A stretch of DNA of 63,717 nt, filler included, from Collodictyon triciliatum (lineage: Eukaryota), in assembly GCA_043381765.1 (NCBI GenBank). It is 8 parts of 8 records of this genome, joined end to end, with 100 filler letters (N's around TTAATTAATTAA, not from the genome) between each part and the next. Parts side by side here need not be neighbours in the genome. Positions count along the whole stretch, not along the records: positions 1 to 8,805 come from JBHJMP010003274.1; positions 8,906 to 17,753 come from JBHJMP010003275.1; 6 more parts are not named here. One strand, 5' to 3'. The first letter of the stretch is position 1. Each line of letters opens with the position of its first letter. The notes beneath the pieces were generated by a model. It worked only from the letters and a program-made list of their open reading frames with translations. It searched no databases and was not told where the DNA came from. The translations under genes were made by a program, and so were the position numbers. This document shows, piece after piece, positions 1 to 11,670 of this stretch.

Positions 1-88
<88 letters not shown>

Positions 89-90
89 AA
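1..90. repeat. (TAAA)n microsatellite
   Basis: Tandem TAAA seen directly. Confidence 0.95.
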
Positions 91-403
91 AAAAACGTTC
101 CGTGCAGTGAAATTTCGGCCCTGCTTGAACTTCAAGTCTTAATCAATTACAATCTGAACAAGATAAAGTAATGCGAAAGTCGTGGTTGGAAGTCATAAGC
201 ATTTAACCTATCACTTCCATACGAAAATATCAAAGTTATCCACCTTATTAATATTTCTTCATATGATTATTTTAACCCATTTTCAACAGACAGTTTGTGT
301 GTGGATCTCTTTTATTGATTGTGTTTTCCAGAAGAAGCTCATTCCAGGATTAAGAAAGAGATTTCAAGCAGAGAGGCCAGGCTTCTCTGCATCTTTCAGG
401 TGC

Positions 404-3400
404 TCAGTCCTTTCGTGTTTCAGGAGGATTTGTCTCCTTGCTGGTTTCAGTTACGGCGGAGTTGGGTATATTGATGGAAACCGATGTAACAGGGGTTGAG
501 GTTGGCACCGACGGGGGATTTGAAGCTATGGGCTGAACTGCGGGAGCAGAGGCATTTAACCTGGCAAATGGATTCAGTAAGTAAAAGGTTTTATCAACAA
601 AGGCACATTCATCGCACTTGCTCTCGTAGTATTCTCTGTTGGTAATGACAAGCTGGTGGTACGACTGGTCTTGAATGAAAGTACACCACGCCTCAAAAAG
701 TGGCTTAACGATGAAATTCATGAACCCTATCTGGCACTTCTCGATCTTTGCTCCCAAAAAAAACATTTAGTCATGTAACTTTGGAGATGCCAAATATCAA
801 ACAAACAACCCAATCTTATTTATACATGATAGATAAATCACAAGGTATCTCTTTTACCGTAGGGTTATTTCGATCCATGAATGGGGATATAGGGAGAGAA
901 AGGCGTGTCTCCTCATCACCCTTTTGTTAGTAGACAGAGGTATTTTTAGGTCGTATAGGTCAGAGTTCATGCCAATAGGGGATAATGACCTGATTGAAGA
1001 ACTCTTCCATGATCCTATTGACCCACGGATGATAAACTGTTTGAACTTTCGCAGGATTGCTCACATCCGCACACTTAATTATCATCTTCATAATCATGAT
1101 GCGGTTCTCCTTTGCTGTTCGAAGGTCTGTTTTAAAATCGATTTAAATGAAAGTCATGTATACTTCTCAGAAATGATTGCATGAAAAACAATACATAGAT
1201 TTATAAATTTAGTCTTTATATGAACGGCTATGGCTAACTAAAGAAACTAACCATCCGTGCCCAATTTACTCTTGAACTTCCCAACGATGTCAAAGTGTTG
1301 GGAAAGGTCAGTAGCCAGGACAAGCTCGATTATTTGTGCTCTCAAGGCTTTTCTTCTACACGTTGTACGTATATTTATTATGTTACATTAAAAAATAAGG
1401 GATACTCCTGGTGTTAAAGCATAAACGTGGTAGGAGTGGTGTGTGTGTTTTTGGAAATTATAAAAGCAGTGATTTATTCCGTAGATTCAACAAACTCGGC
1501 TTTCGGAATATTGTCAAGAATATTTGAACGAGGGTCTCGAATTACACGGAACGCAGTGGAGGCGTGGTGATTCTCAAGAACCTTAACATATTAAGTTCAT
1601 GAGTTGAATGTATGCATAACACCTAGTCATATTGGTAATAGCTGTTTGAATCTATTGGTATCAATTACCGATTTATCGTTGTAAGTCAGGGCATAATCAG
1701 ACTCGGTAGCGACCATAAAAATATTGGTTCGGCCCTGGTAGATTGCAAATGTATAGTTAACTATTTGGATTATTCTAAGGACCTTATTTACAAATACAGG
1801 GGAACACATTCTATGAAACGAACGGGATGGTCTATGTCATGAACTATGGCAGATATAAGCATTCCCATTATTTCCATGTCATCAAAAAACCTATATCAAA
1901 AAACTAGTAAGTCTGCTTAAGAATCTTATGATACACTTATATTGGGCACGTCATGAATTATTTTTTTACGTAATCAAACCACTTTGGACCAAAATTTGAT
2001 GTGTTGCCTGCAGGACGTCTATTATTCAATTAATTTTTTTTTATTATTATTATTACATGCATATTTAATTACCTGGTGCTCGTTCAAAAAAATCACAAAT
2101 AAATCGAAAATTTAGGAATTATTTTTTAAAATACCCGCGGCATGCGTTGAGTTGTGATAGGGGTTATCCGGATGATATCCACTTTCAACAATATTCAGGA
2201 AAGCATCAAACTGAACAGTCGATTTATATTGAGTAAATGTCGACAAATTCATATAAAAATAAAACCCCTCAAAGGCTGGGGGAGGAGGGTGATTTTAAAC
2301 CTTCACGGGGTCGATGTCGAACTTAGACATAAACTGATAGCGACGAAACAGATAGTTCGCCAAGTGATATAGTGGTCTCCCTGAAGTAATTTTTTAAAGA
2401 GAATAAAATTATATACATCTGGTTATTACCATTTCATTATGGAAAAAAATAGATTAAGTGACATTATCACTTGCACATATTTATAATATAAATATCGGGC
2501 TTGTTGCAGTATAGTGAAACCTCGGCACTTCTCTGCAAACATAAAGACATTAAAGTCCCACTGGTCTACATAACTTTCCAGGAAGCTTGTTACGCTGTAT
2601 GCCTCACTATAAGATTTACAAATATTATATTGAATCTTGGCTGTCCGTGTTAGAAAAAATCGCAAATCTTTTTACGGTACTCTGTATTTAGTTCATGAAC
2701 TTCGGTCGATGGACGAAGACTTCCTGGAGAAAGACCGAGGCCTTTTGCTCCTGAACTGCTACACAATTTAACATATGGATCAATATATCGGAATGATTTT
2801 GATTCTTACCTAAATTCTATAAAATAAGGAGAATACTCGTATCACATTCACCTCCTTCGCCTCTTTACAATACTTCCTAGCGACGGACGTCTTTGAGCCT
2901 CCGGGGGAGGCTTCATTCAGTAGAAATTTAGCATATAGACATGGTTAGATTGTAAATGCAATCAAAACAACATTGGTGGCAGGGGACGATGATCTAGTCT
3001 CTTTCGAAGCCAGCTCAGAAAATAACCAGTTTTGTGTGTCGGAATCCATCTCTAATTCAATAATTATAGTACAGTTTGAATAAATACATAAAGTCAGTTT
3101 ATACGAAGAGAAAATGTGCATATAGCAAATAATTACTGATCTTCCCAGTAAGAATCTGATTGGAGATGTTAGGAACAAAAATATCGTGATTATGAAGAAG
3201 GGTTTCGATGGCTGCATCCAGTTTGGTTATGGCATCTTTGCCAACGAGCATTTTGGTAACTGCACAATGTTTCATTAAATCATGAAAATTCAAGAGTATT
3301 GAAAATATGTATTGTTGAATAAAAAAAATCTGTTAAGGCCAGACAAGCAGTCTGACGAAGTTCCCTCAAAACATAAATGACTTTAGCAAGGGGACTCTCG

Positions 3401-4924
3401 AGGTCGACCTCTCCTTTGGGAACCTCGACTTGCTTTAGCTTCTCAAGCTCTTCCTTAAGACCCTATAAGGGTATATATGTGGAATTTTACTTTTATTTTA
3501 TTGGAAACATAAGAGGAAGCATATGCGCAAAATATGATACAAAAGTTTCAATATAACGATGGCCACCTTGTTGTCCGCGCGAAGTTGAAATGTAGACAAG
3601 AACACTCGCCTTTTGTTGAAGGGTGCAGCACATTTCAATTAAGTGCGAATCAATTTTGGTATGCCAAGACGTAAAAAATTTCAACGAAAAAATTTGCACA
3701 GAGTCACACCCGAGGGAATAAACAAGGTGAAAGATTTAGTAGTTGGATTTGTACAATAAAAAGAAACCTAAACAAATAGTCTTGTCGGTAGGCAGCATAA
3801 GAAAACAATATTGCTGTTACAACCAGACGAAAGAGTACAGTAATAGTGTCTGCTTCGTTATCAAATTTGTCGTCCATAGACCACTCAATCATGCTGTTGA
3901 TAACAACCCAAGTATTGAGGAACACCTTTAGATGAAATACATTCCTTAACCATAAAATGAACACAACAACGACTTTGACTGAATTATGGGGTGCAGTGAA
4001 TAGGGTGGAGGTGACCATGAATCAAATGAAGGATACTTACGACTGCAGGAAATGTTAACCCAAGTAGGAAACTGAAGGCACATATGAGGTACACTGCAAC
4101 AGACATGTATTGGTCTCTGTCTTGCTCGTATGTCGTAATGCGGATGTAACAGACAGAACAGACCACCGCTGCTAGAAGTGTGGCAGGTATGTGCCAGCGA
4201 CGAAACATTCTATAAAGCCCCATCGGTATTTATTTGAAAACGTCTCCTATTCACTTAAATATACTGTATATTTCTAACAATCAAGACACAGTGTGATGTC
4301 TATATGTAAAGGTAAATACCCTGACGTGGAGAAGAAGAGCATCGCTACTGGGACAAGAATTATGATAGTGGAGCATGGGATGACAGCATCTCTGTTTACA
4401 TCATCTGCTATTCGAAAACCGAGAACAGTCCCCAATACGAAGAGCTGATGGAGTTAAATATTTCAAAAATCATTAACGTTTGTCGCTACCATGTCCGATG
4501 CAACTATAAACAAGATATTTTTTCAGCTATAAAAACTACCAAGGCCAAGTACATTCTTTGCAAAGTCTTTTTCTGTCTGTCCGCAAAGAAAACTTTAAAC
4601 TGGCTCTCAAGGCGCTCGTCCTGTAAAAATGAGTACAATACAAAACTATCACTCGAACTTCGCATGCATCAGATATTTTTCCTTTATCCGATTCAAAGTA
4701 TCAGAGTGAAGTTAGTGCTGAATTGTTGAAAATACCTTTGAGAACCAAAGGAAAACAGGGTGCATATCGCACACACGACGAGATGTTGAGACGTTATGGT
4801 TTGCCTGACCAGTGGGTTGAGAAGATCCCACACCATTCGGCTGGGTCGATGAAGATGCAACTGATGGTGTGTACGGCAGCACTGTCGATACACCAGAGTG
4901 GAAAGACCGCACAGAGTGGGTCAT
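404..4924 (-). CDS. Multi-exon class I 3',5'-cyclic nucleotide phosphodiesterase with an N-terminal multi-TM region
   Basis: GT-AG exons give the PDEase_I motifs in order: DQWDFNVF, NPYHNSTHAA, AIVHDIDHPGRTN, LTYNDKSVLENHHAS, IIELVLATDLSQHF, IIKCADVSNPAK, WVNRIMEEFFNQGDEE, ISPFMDR, CQIGFMNFIVKPLFEAW. Hydrophobic exons at about 3540-4450 and a DLESPLAKVI motif lie upstream. Probable ATG at 4924, TGA at 404-406. Confidence 0.93.
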
Positions 4925-6044
4925 TTTTTATTCACCTGTAGAAATTCAAGGCTAGCTTTAGGTGTGGTTCTTCTACGGGAATAACAATTTTATTTCCGGG
5001 TGATTATCTCAAGATTCTTGTCATCGAATTGTCCGTGATACTTCTCAAATTACCTACAGGGCCTCTTCATAATGATATCAGATAGAGCAAATTTCAATAT
5101 TGAGTAAAATTGATTTTTTGTGTGTGCTTTTATACATTTTCTCACCAACTTTGCAATTGCTGTATATCCATGCACAACATTTAGCGTGAAGTTATCGTAT
5201 AAAAATATTAAAGAAAAGCAACAAAATAACAGGAGTTGAGTAAGATATTTCGTTTTCTTTCTTGCATTTCTTTCGAAAATCTATCAAGCACAAAGGTCAT
5301 GAATCAAACGCTAATCGATGCATTTGCAAAATAGCTAGAATAGCAATCACTTTCAAATATGACGTTATTTTTAGCAATATTAGTCCATGGGAGTGAAGAA
5401 GGCCGTTACTTTTGGCCGTTACATGAGCTCTATTTTGGCGCGCTCGGTAAATTTTCCATTAATTTCTACTTACTTATGGTGATTTTCTATGATTTTTTTG
5501 TAAACTAGCGGCAAAAACTGTCAATCATTAAAGAGTTCATCTATCATTCATTTGATAAAATATAAAAAAAATTTCCCGCAAAGACACTAGGCATAATTAG
5601 TCGCCAACTTTGTTACATGCATTGATATTCAGTGGCTGGAGTGCTTCAATACTACCAGGACTTCATTTATATCAATTAAGTGCTAATAGAAGGACCATAT
5701 TAGATGGCTGATTTATGGCAGATTGATATTCTAGTGGATTCCTTATAATCACACTAAAAATTCACCACGATATTCCCTGTTTATTGATATTGATTTCCTT
5801 TTTATTACTAGCAAAAGTTGTAAATGCTCCGAAAATTTGAGCATAATACACTATAATCAATAACAATACAGTTAATGAGCAAAAATCAGCCAGAGAAAAT
5901 AACCCTTACACCAAGTTATTAATCAAATCATTCAAAAAAGAACAAAAATTCAAAAATATCTACACATAATTATGGCCCTTCATTATCGCCTAGCTTGTTG
6001 TCTAATTTCATGGTTATAGAGAGGCATATTATTTAATAGTTCAT

Positions 6045-6081
6045 TTTATTCTTCCTTTCAATTTTGTACAAAGTGGTGAAA
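6045..6081 (-). mobile_element. 37-nt retroelement 3'-tail insertion with 15-bp TSD
   Basis: Minus strand reads caccactttgtacaaaattgaaaggaagaataaa. It is flanked by an exact direct repeat tatttaatagttcat (6030-6044 and 6082-6096). The same tail occurs at 35250, 38550, 44153 and 54083. Confidence 0.8.
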
Positions 6082-6958
6082 TATTTAATAGTTCATAATA
6101 TTTTGCAGTGATTTTTATCGGTAGGCAGATTACTGAAATAGACAAGTAATCAACATACAAGGAATTTGAAATAAAAATATTTAAATCTTGTCGAATATGA
6201 GGTGTTTATCATCACTAGCTGTATTTATTGCTCTGGTTATAAGCAAGGGGTCTATTTTTGACAAAAATGCCTTCTCATATCACAGGGAAAGCTGAAGTGG
6301 AGGGGTTTTAGAAACATGTAGTAAAAATTCAAAGAGATTTATGTCTATTTATGGGCTAATGCAGAGATATTGTGAAACATCATCTATTTGGAATCTGGAG
6401 AAGCCTGGGTACCTCAGCTGTCCAAAATTTCATCCCAAATGCTAAATATCTACAGAAAAGGTCTCGAGTTATATGCACCTGTGGTTCAATAATGAATAAA
6501 TCCAACAAAAATGAGCTGTGAGCAAAGGCGGAGATGAAACCAATACTCAAGTTGACGCATTTTTAATATGTAATTATCAGATAACCAGCAATAAAATATC
6601 GAAGATATATTTCTGATATCCAATTTTTTCCTTTGTTCATTTCTTATAACAATAAAAGAGTCTGAATTACAAGGATTCTCACCTTAAATAAGGTTGAGTG
6701 ACCAGATAATGCTCTGAAGAGTACAAAAACCATATATTATGCGGTCCTTGTGAGCGTTGCAATACTTTCATATCCAAAGCCAACTAGGTTATGATATAAA
6801 TAAGCAGAAAGTCTATCTGGACACTAGAAATCTCTTGGTTTAAATTTTCCGGCATTGAAAAAAAGAATTATTCTTCGTGCTTCTTATCCAGAAAATCGGT
6901 CGTTCTGATCTATCTCAAACACCAAAATTTCCGGTTGGTCAAATTATGTGATTTATGC

Positions 6959-8465
6959 TTCTAACGCCGGTGTGGAGAAACGCAGAGTTTCACCCAAATC
7001 CAGGAAGACTCATGCGGGGAAGCTGCCTGTGATTCTGTCTAAGCGGAAGTATTTTTGCATGATGTCAAGCGAGTCACTTACAATAAGAACATGGCCCACT
7101 GGCTCACAGATGCGCTTGCCTCCTTTTTGAAAGCGAACAAGCCTTGGGAAGAATCCATCCAATCGCTCTTACCGGAAAAACGAAGGCCTTTGCCTGATTG
7201 CCCTTCCGCACCGCAGATAACGCCCGAAAGCTTCTGGAGCTGAAGCAGGTAAGTTTGATCGATATTATAATCAGCTTCAGCAGAAGTAAACCAACAGAGA
7301 CCCCTGTGATGCTCTACCAACTACCGCTGGACGTGTGGCCGCAACTACTTCGTGAAGAGCTGAAGCCGTTCAGACCGACCCACGCGGAGATATAAAAGGA
7401 CAAAGGTTTCTTCATAGACTCGGCCGTGGTGAAGCTTCTTTGTCACAAGAACCAGCTCCCTGCAAAGTTTACGGTCATGGGTAAGAAGTGTCCAAAGCGC
7501 ATCCTCAAAGAGTGTCCGCCAGGCGCGAACAACGAACGACAAGTAAAAGCCCCGCAAAAGATTACACCCGCCAAGCAGACAAGCAGCAACGGGGTCAAGG
7601 AAGCCAAGGGAAGGCAACAACAGAGCCCACAAGACTCACAGCAGATACGCGCATACAGCGACAGCGACGATGACATGGATGGAAATCTCGGTTCCTCTTC
7701 AGAATCCTCGCACCCGAGCCCTCCACCGCCAATACTGGACAGGCCCGCACATCGCAAGCCCCAAGAGCAGCGCATCTCCAAACCCCGAAAGAAATCACTC
7801 CTTAAACTACCCATTCAGACTGACGTGAATATGGTTAACAAAGGAGGCCTCAAGGCAGTCTTCGTTACTTATCCAAAAGGATACTCCAAAGCGAAGGCAA
7901 CACAAGAACCAGCACCCATCAAAGATAGCCCGTTTATGCTGCCCCGGCCCGTCGCACCGAGAACCAAGGAGCAAGAGCAAACAGCACAAGTCGAATCCAA
8001 GCTTGGAACTTCACACACCAAAGACAGTCCGAGCAAGCAGGAGTGTATGTTTCTAAAACCACAAACGTGTATCCATACTCCGGCTAGGCAAAGTCCACTG
8101 CCAACTACACATTCTTCTCAAAACCAGGGGACGGTCAAGCGCCACTTCCGTTAATGCCAGACAAACAACGATGTATCGCTTTTTGTCTGAATCTTCCAGC
8201 AAGAAACGCAAGGAAAGTGACCTGTTGTCCCCTCAAAAGACTCATCCCGTGGAATGAAATAGGACGTCAACCTTGACCGAGATGGATGGTTGAAAGGACT
8301 CATCGGAATCGATTTGAGAAGTAACAGCCATGTGCGTACTTTCGTCGACCCGACAACTTTATCCGCTCTTCTGCCTGTCTCGAATACCACCAGAAACTGC
8401 GTTGGAATTGGATATGATTTTGTATAATAGTTTGCGTGTGTGAACACTTTCTCTCCATTTTTTCC
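6959..8465 (+). mobile_element. Degenerate copy 1 of the ORF1-only (HAL1-like) non-LTR element, family A
   Basis: Colinear and highly similar to 9340-11315(-) and 62446-63428(+). Frameshifted ORF1 pieces (7055, 7198 and 7426 ORFs). The 5' end and poly(A) tail are missing. Confidence 0.85.
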
Positions 8466-8805
8466 CCACTTTTCCTGACCGGTGATTTTTTACTCTCTAA
8501 AATTTTAATTATTACATGTTCATTCATTCTGAGTGGTAAGAAATCGCAAATAAATTTTTTGTCTCTGATTTTCATAAAAGGACAATAATTTGTTTCTCTT
8601 CTTCTTTATCAATATTGGACAACCTTTTGAACATGAAATGTTCTATTTTACTGATAAAAAACACAACAGAATTTCTCAAGGTGGAGTTCAAAGTAAACCA
8701 GAAAGAATGCATGGGTGCCTCGCCGGGAATGGATGAATGGTATTCCATCGCCGACTCTCTTCCTCCTTAAATCAAACAATGAAATCAACCTTTCATTAGT
8801 CAGAA

Positions 8806-8905
8806 NNNNNNNNNNNNNNNNNNNNNNNNNNNNNNNNNNNNNNNNNNNNTTAATTAATTAANNNNNNNNNNNNNNNNNNNNNNNNNNNNNNNNNNNNNNN
8901 NNNNN
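8806..8905. other. Artificial scaffold spacer N44-TTAATTAATTAA-N44 (also 17754-17853, 26723-26822, 35624-35723, 44523-44622, 53412-53511, 62299-62398)
   Basis: An identical 100-nt spacer with stops in all six frames recurs about every 8.9 kb, and genes are cut at it. Confidence 0.97.
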
Positions 8906-9109
8906 TCTACTTCGCTTCTTTTTTTTTTTTTTTTGAGTTATCCCATTTAATTGGACGATTGCTGCACTGTTGTGAAAATGGCCTCGACTTATTTTTCATT
9001 GCATAATTATGATTATTATTTTATCGCTTATCATCTTAAACTCAATTAAACTTTTTAAACATTCTGGTCGTTTCAATAAAAAGTCTGATAGGAAAAAAAA
9101 AACTTGGCT

Positions 9110-9335
9110 ATGCAAAAACATTCTGGGCAGTGGTGACACGAGGCCATTTGCTATGGACTATGTGGATAACATGCATATACTCACGCAAAGCAAGACTCAA
9201 TAACTAGCCATCAATTCCTGATTATAGGCTGGATGACATCATACAAATATTTTTCCTCAACAGCTACCTTCGCCACCTGCACGTTCTCTACTACTCAGGC
9301 CCTGTGAGAAGAGACATGTGGAAAGAGGCTGAGAA
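9110..9335 (+). mobile_element. Fragment of Tx1/L1-like ORF2 3' region, family B
   Basis: Aligns by eye with 19113-19332 (KTFWAV..RGHLLWTMW...LRHLHVLYY..PVRRDMWKEAEK) and carries stops and frameshifts. Confidence 0.85.
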
Positions 9336-9339
9336 ATAT

Positions 9340-11315
9340 TTTTTTGGTTTCTTTTCAACAGTTTATTGAGAGAAAACAAAGCCGAGGAAACCGCCTTCGC
9401 CTCTAGGGCAAGAAATGAGCTGTGGACAAGACAGTGGAAACCCCCGGATTGTGTGGTTGGAGGTTTTGTGCTTTGGGTGGAAAGAAAAAGAAAAAGAAAA
9501 AGAAAATAGAAAGGAGAGAAAGTGTTCTCACACACAGACTATTCTACCCGAGGTGAATCAGCTCCAACGCGATTTCTGGTTGTATTCGAGACTGACAGAA
9601 GAGCGGATAAAGTTGTCGGGTCGATGAAAGTACGCACATGGCAGTTACTTCTCAAATCGATTCCGACGAGTCCATTCAACCACCTATCTCAGACAAGATT
9701 TACATCCTATTTCATTCCACTGGATGAGTCTTTTTAGGAGGCAACGGGTCACTTTCCTTGTGTTTCTTGCTGGGCGACTCAGACAAAAAGCGATGCATCG
9801 TTGTTTGTCTGGTATTATCGGAAGTGGCGCTTGACCGTCCCCTGGCATCGGGACCATGCGTAGCCGGCAGTGGACTTTGCTTAACCGGAGTATGGATACG
9901 CGTTTGTGGTTTTAGAAACATACGCTCCTGCTTGCTCGGACTGTCTTTGGTGTGTGAAGTTCCAAGCTTGGATTCGACTTGTGCTGTTTGCTCTTGCTCC
10001 TTGGTTCTCGGTGCGACGGGCTGGGGCAGGGGAAACGGACTATCTTTGGTGGGCGCTGGTTCTTGTGTTGCCTTCGCTTTGGAGTATCCTTTCGGATAAG
10101 TAACGAAGACTGCCTTGAGGCCTCCTATCTTAACCATATTCACGTCAGTCTGAATGGATAGTTTAAGGGGGGATTTCTTTCGGGGTTTGGAGATGCGCTG
10201 CTCTTGGGTCTTGCGATGTACGGGCTTGTCCGGTGTTGGCGGTGGAGGGCTCGAGTGCGAGGATTCTGAAGAGGAACCGAGATTTCCTTCCATGTCATCG
10301 TCGCTGTCGCTGTATGCGCGTATCTGCTGTGAGTCTTGCGGGCTCGGTTGTTGCCTGGCCTTGGCTTCCTTGACCCTGTTGCTGCTTCGTGCTTGGCAGG
10401 TGTATTATTTTGCGGGGCTTTTACTTGTCGTTCGTTTTTCGATGCTGACGGACGCTCTTTGAGGATGCGCTTTGGACACTTTTTGCCCATGACCGTAAAC
10501 TTTGCAAGGAGCTGGTTCTTGTGACAAAGAAGCTTCACCAAGGCCGCGTCTGTAAATAAGCCTTTCTCCTTTTTGATCTCCACGTGGGTCGGTCTGAACG
10601 GCTTCAGCTCCTCACGAATAAGTTGCGACCACACGTCCAGCGGTAGTTGGTAGATCATCACCGAGGTCTCTGTTGGTTTACTTCTAGCGAAGCTGATCGT
10701 AATATCGATCAAACTTACCTGCTTCAGCTCCAGAAGCTTTCGGGCGTTTTCTACAGTGCGGAAGGCAAGAAGGAAAAGGCCTCCGCTGTTCGGTAAGCGC
10801 AATTGGATGGACTCTTCCCAAAGTTTGTTCGCTTTCAAGAGGGAGGCGAGCGCATCGGTGAGCCTGCGGATCTTGTTCTTGTTGTAAACGACTTGCTCGA
10901 CATCGTGCAAAAATACTGTCCGATCAGACAGACTTGCAGGCGGCTTCCTTGCACGGGTCTTCCTAGACTTACGTGCAACTCGGGGGTTTTCCGCACCAGC
11001 GTTGGAACCAGAAGAACTGGCTGCAACTTGCAAAGCCTTCGATGGGTCGCGGCTTGCGCTGATCTCCCCGTCTCGGCTTGTGTTTTCCATCAGGCACGGG
11101 CACGAAAGGAGTATCTTATTATATGCATATTCCATTATTATATTATCCTTATTACTCAAGAACGACTATCCGCTCGAAACCTCATGCCTCAGTTCGGCGC
11201 CTGTGATACCTCCACTCCTTCCTTCCGACTCGGCTGGTAATGCACACTCGACAACAGCTCATCCTCGTCCACATAAATCGTTGCCTCTCTTCGACTGCCT
11301 TTTTGTTGGTGTATG
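9340..11315 (-). mobile_element. Near full-length ORF1-only (HAL1-like) non-LTR element, family A copy 2
   Basis: GC-richer 5' region, then ORF1, then about 370 nt of 3' UTR ending aataaactgttgaaaagaaacc-poly(A). No endonuclease or RT sequence lies between the ORF1 stop and the tail. The 5' boundary is approximate. Confidence 0.8.
9712..11090 (-). pseudogene. Tx1/L1-type ORF1p (RRM-like) with one frameshift near 10385
   Basis: ORFs 10140-11159 and 9712-10293 join across a frameshift. FLLAFRTVENARKLL and SVMIYQLPLDVWSQLIREEL..KGLFTDAALVKL..KFTVMGKKC resemble Tx1/L1 ORF1 RRM regions. A long disordered C-terminus follows. No CCHC knuckle is visible. Confidence 0.65.
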
Positions 11316-11399
11316 GTAAGGAACATGGGGTGTTTTATCCAAATGATTATAGTTGCATGTGTGAGATATTTAGTGAAGATCATGAAACTGAATTTATTT

Positions 11400-11670
11400 T
11401 TCCTTTCTTCTTCCTTTTTTCTTCTTCCTTTTTTTCTTCTTTATTTTGTTATTTATCTTATTATCTTATTTATCTTATTTATCTTTTTCTTTTTTCTTTT
11501 TTCTTTTTTTCTTTTTTTCTTTTTTTCTTTTTATCTTTTTATCTTTTTATCTTTTTATCTTTTCTTTTATTTCTTTTTTTCTTTTTTCTTTTTTTTCTTT
11601 TTTTCTTTTTTTCTTTTTTTCTTTTTTTCTTTTTTTCTTTTTTTCTTTTTTTCTTTTTTTCTTTTTTTCT
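11400..11670. repeat. T/C-rich low-complexity and short tandem tract
   Basis: Degenerate (TTTTTTC)n seen directly. Confidence 0.9.

Noticed and set aside
1350-1500. Apparent non-canonical donor in the PDE gene
   Set aside because: A canonical GT donor (GA|GTTTGT) gives the correct phase and reads KAE-RKALR.
5500-6900. Possible decayed coding sequence (also 11900-13150, 21150-22550 and 46000-46800)
   Set aside because: Only short broken frames with no motif I can recognise; not supportable without a search.
8850-8861. Recurrent palindrome TTAATTAATTAA at about 8.9-kb period
   Set aside because: Always embedded in N44 runs; it is an assembly linker, not biology.
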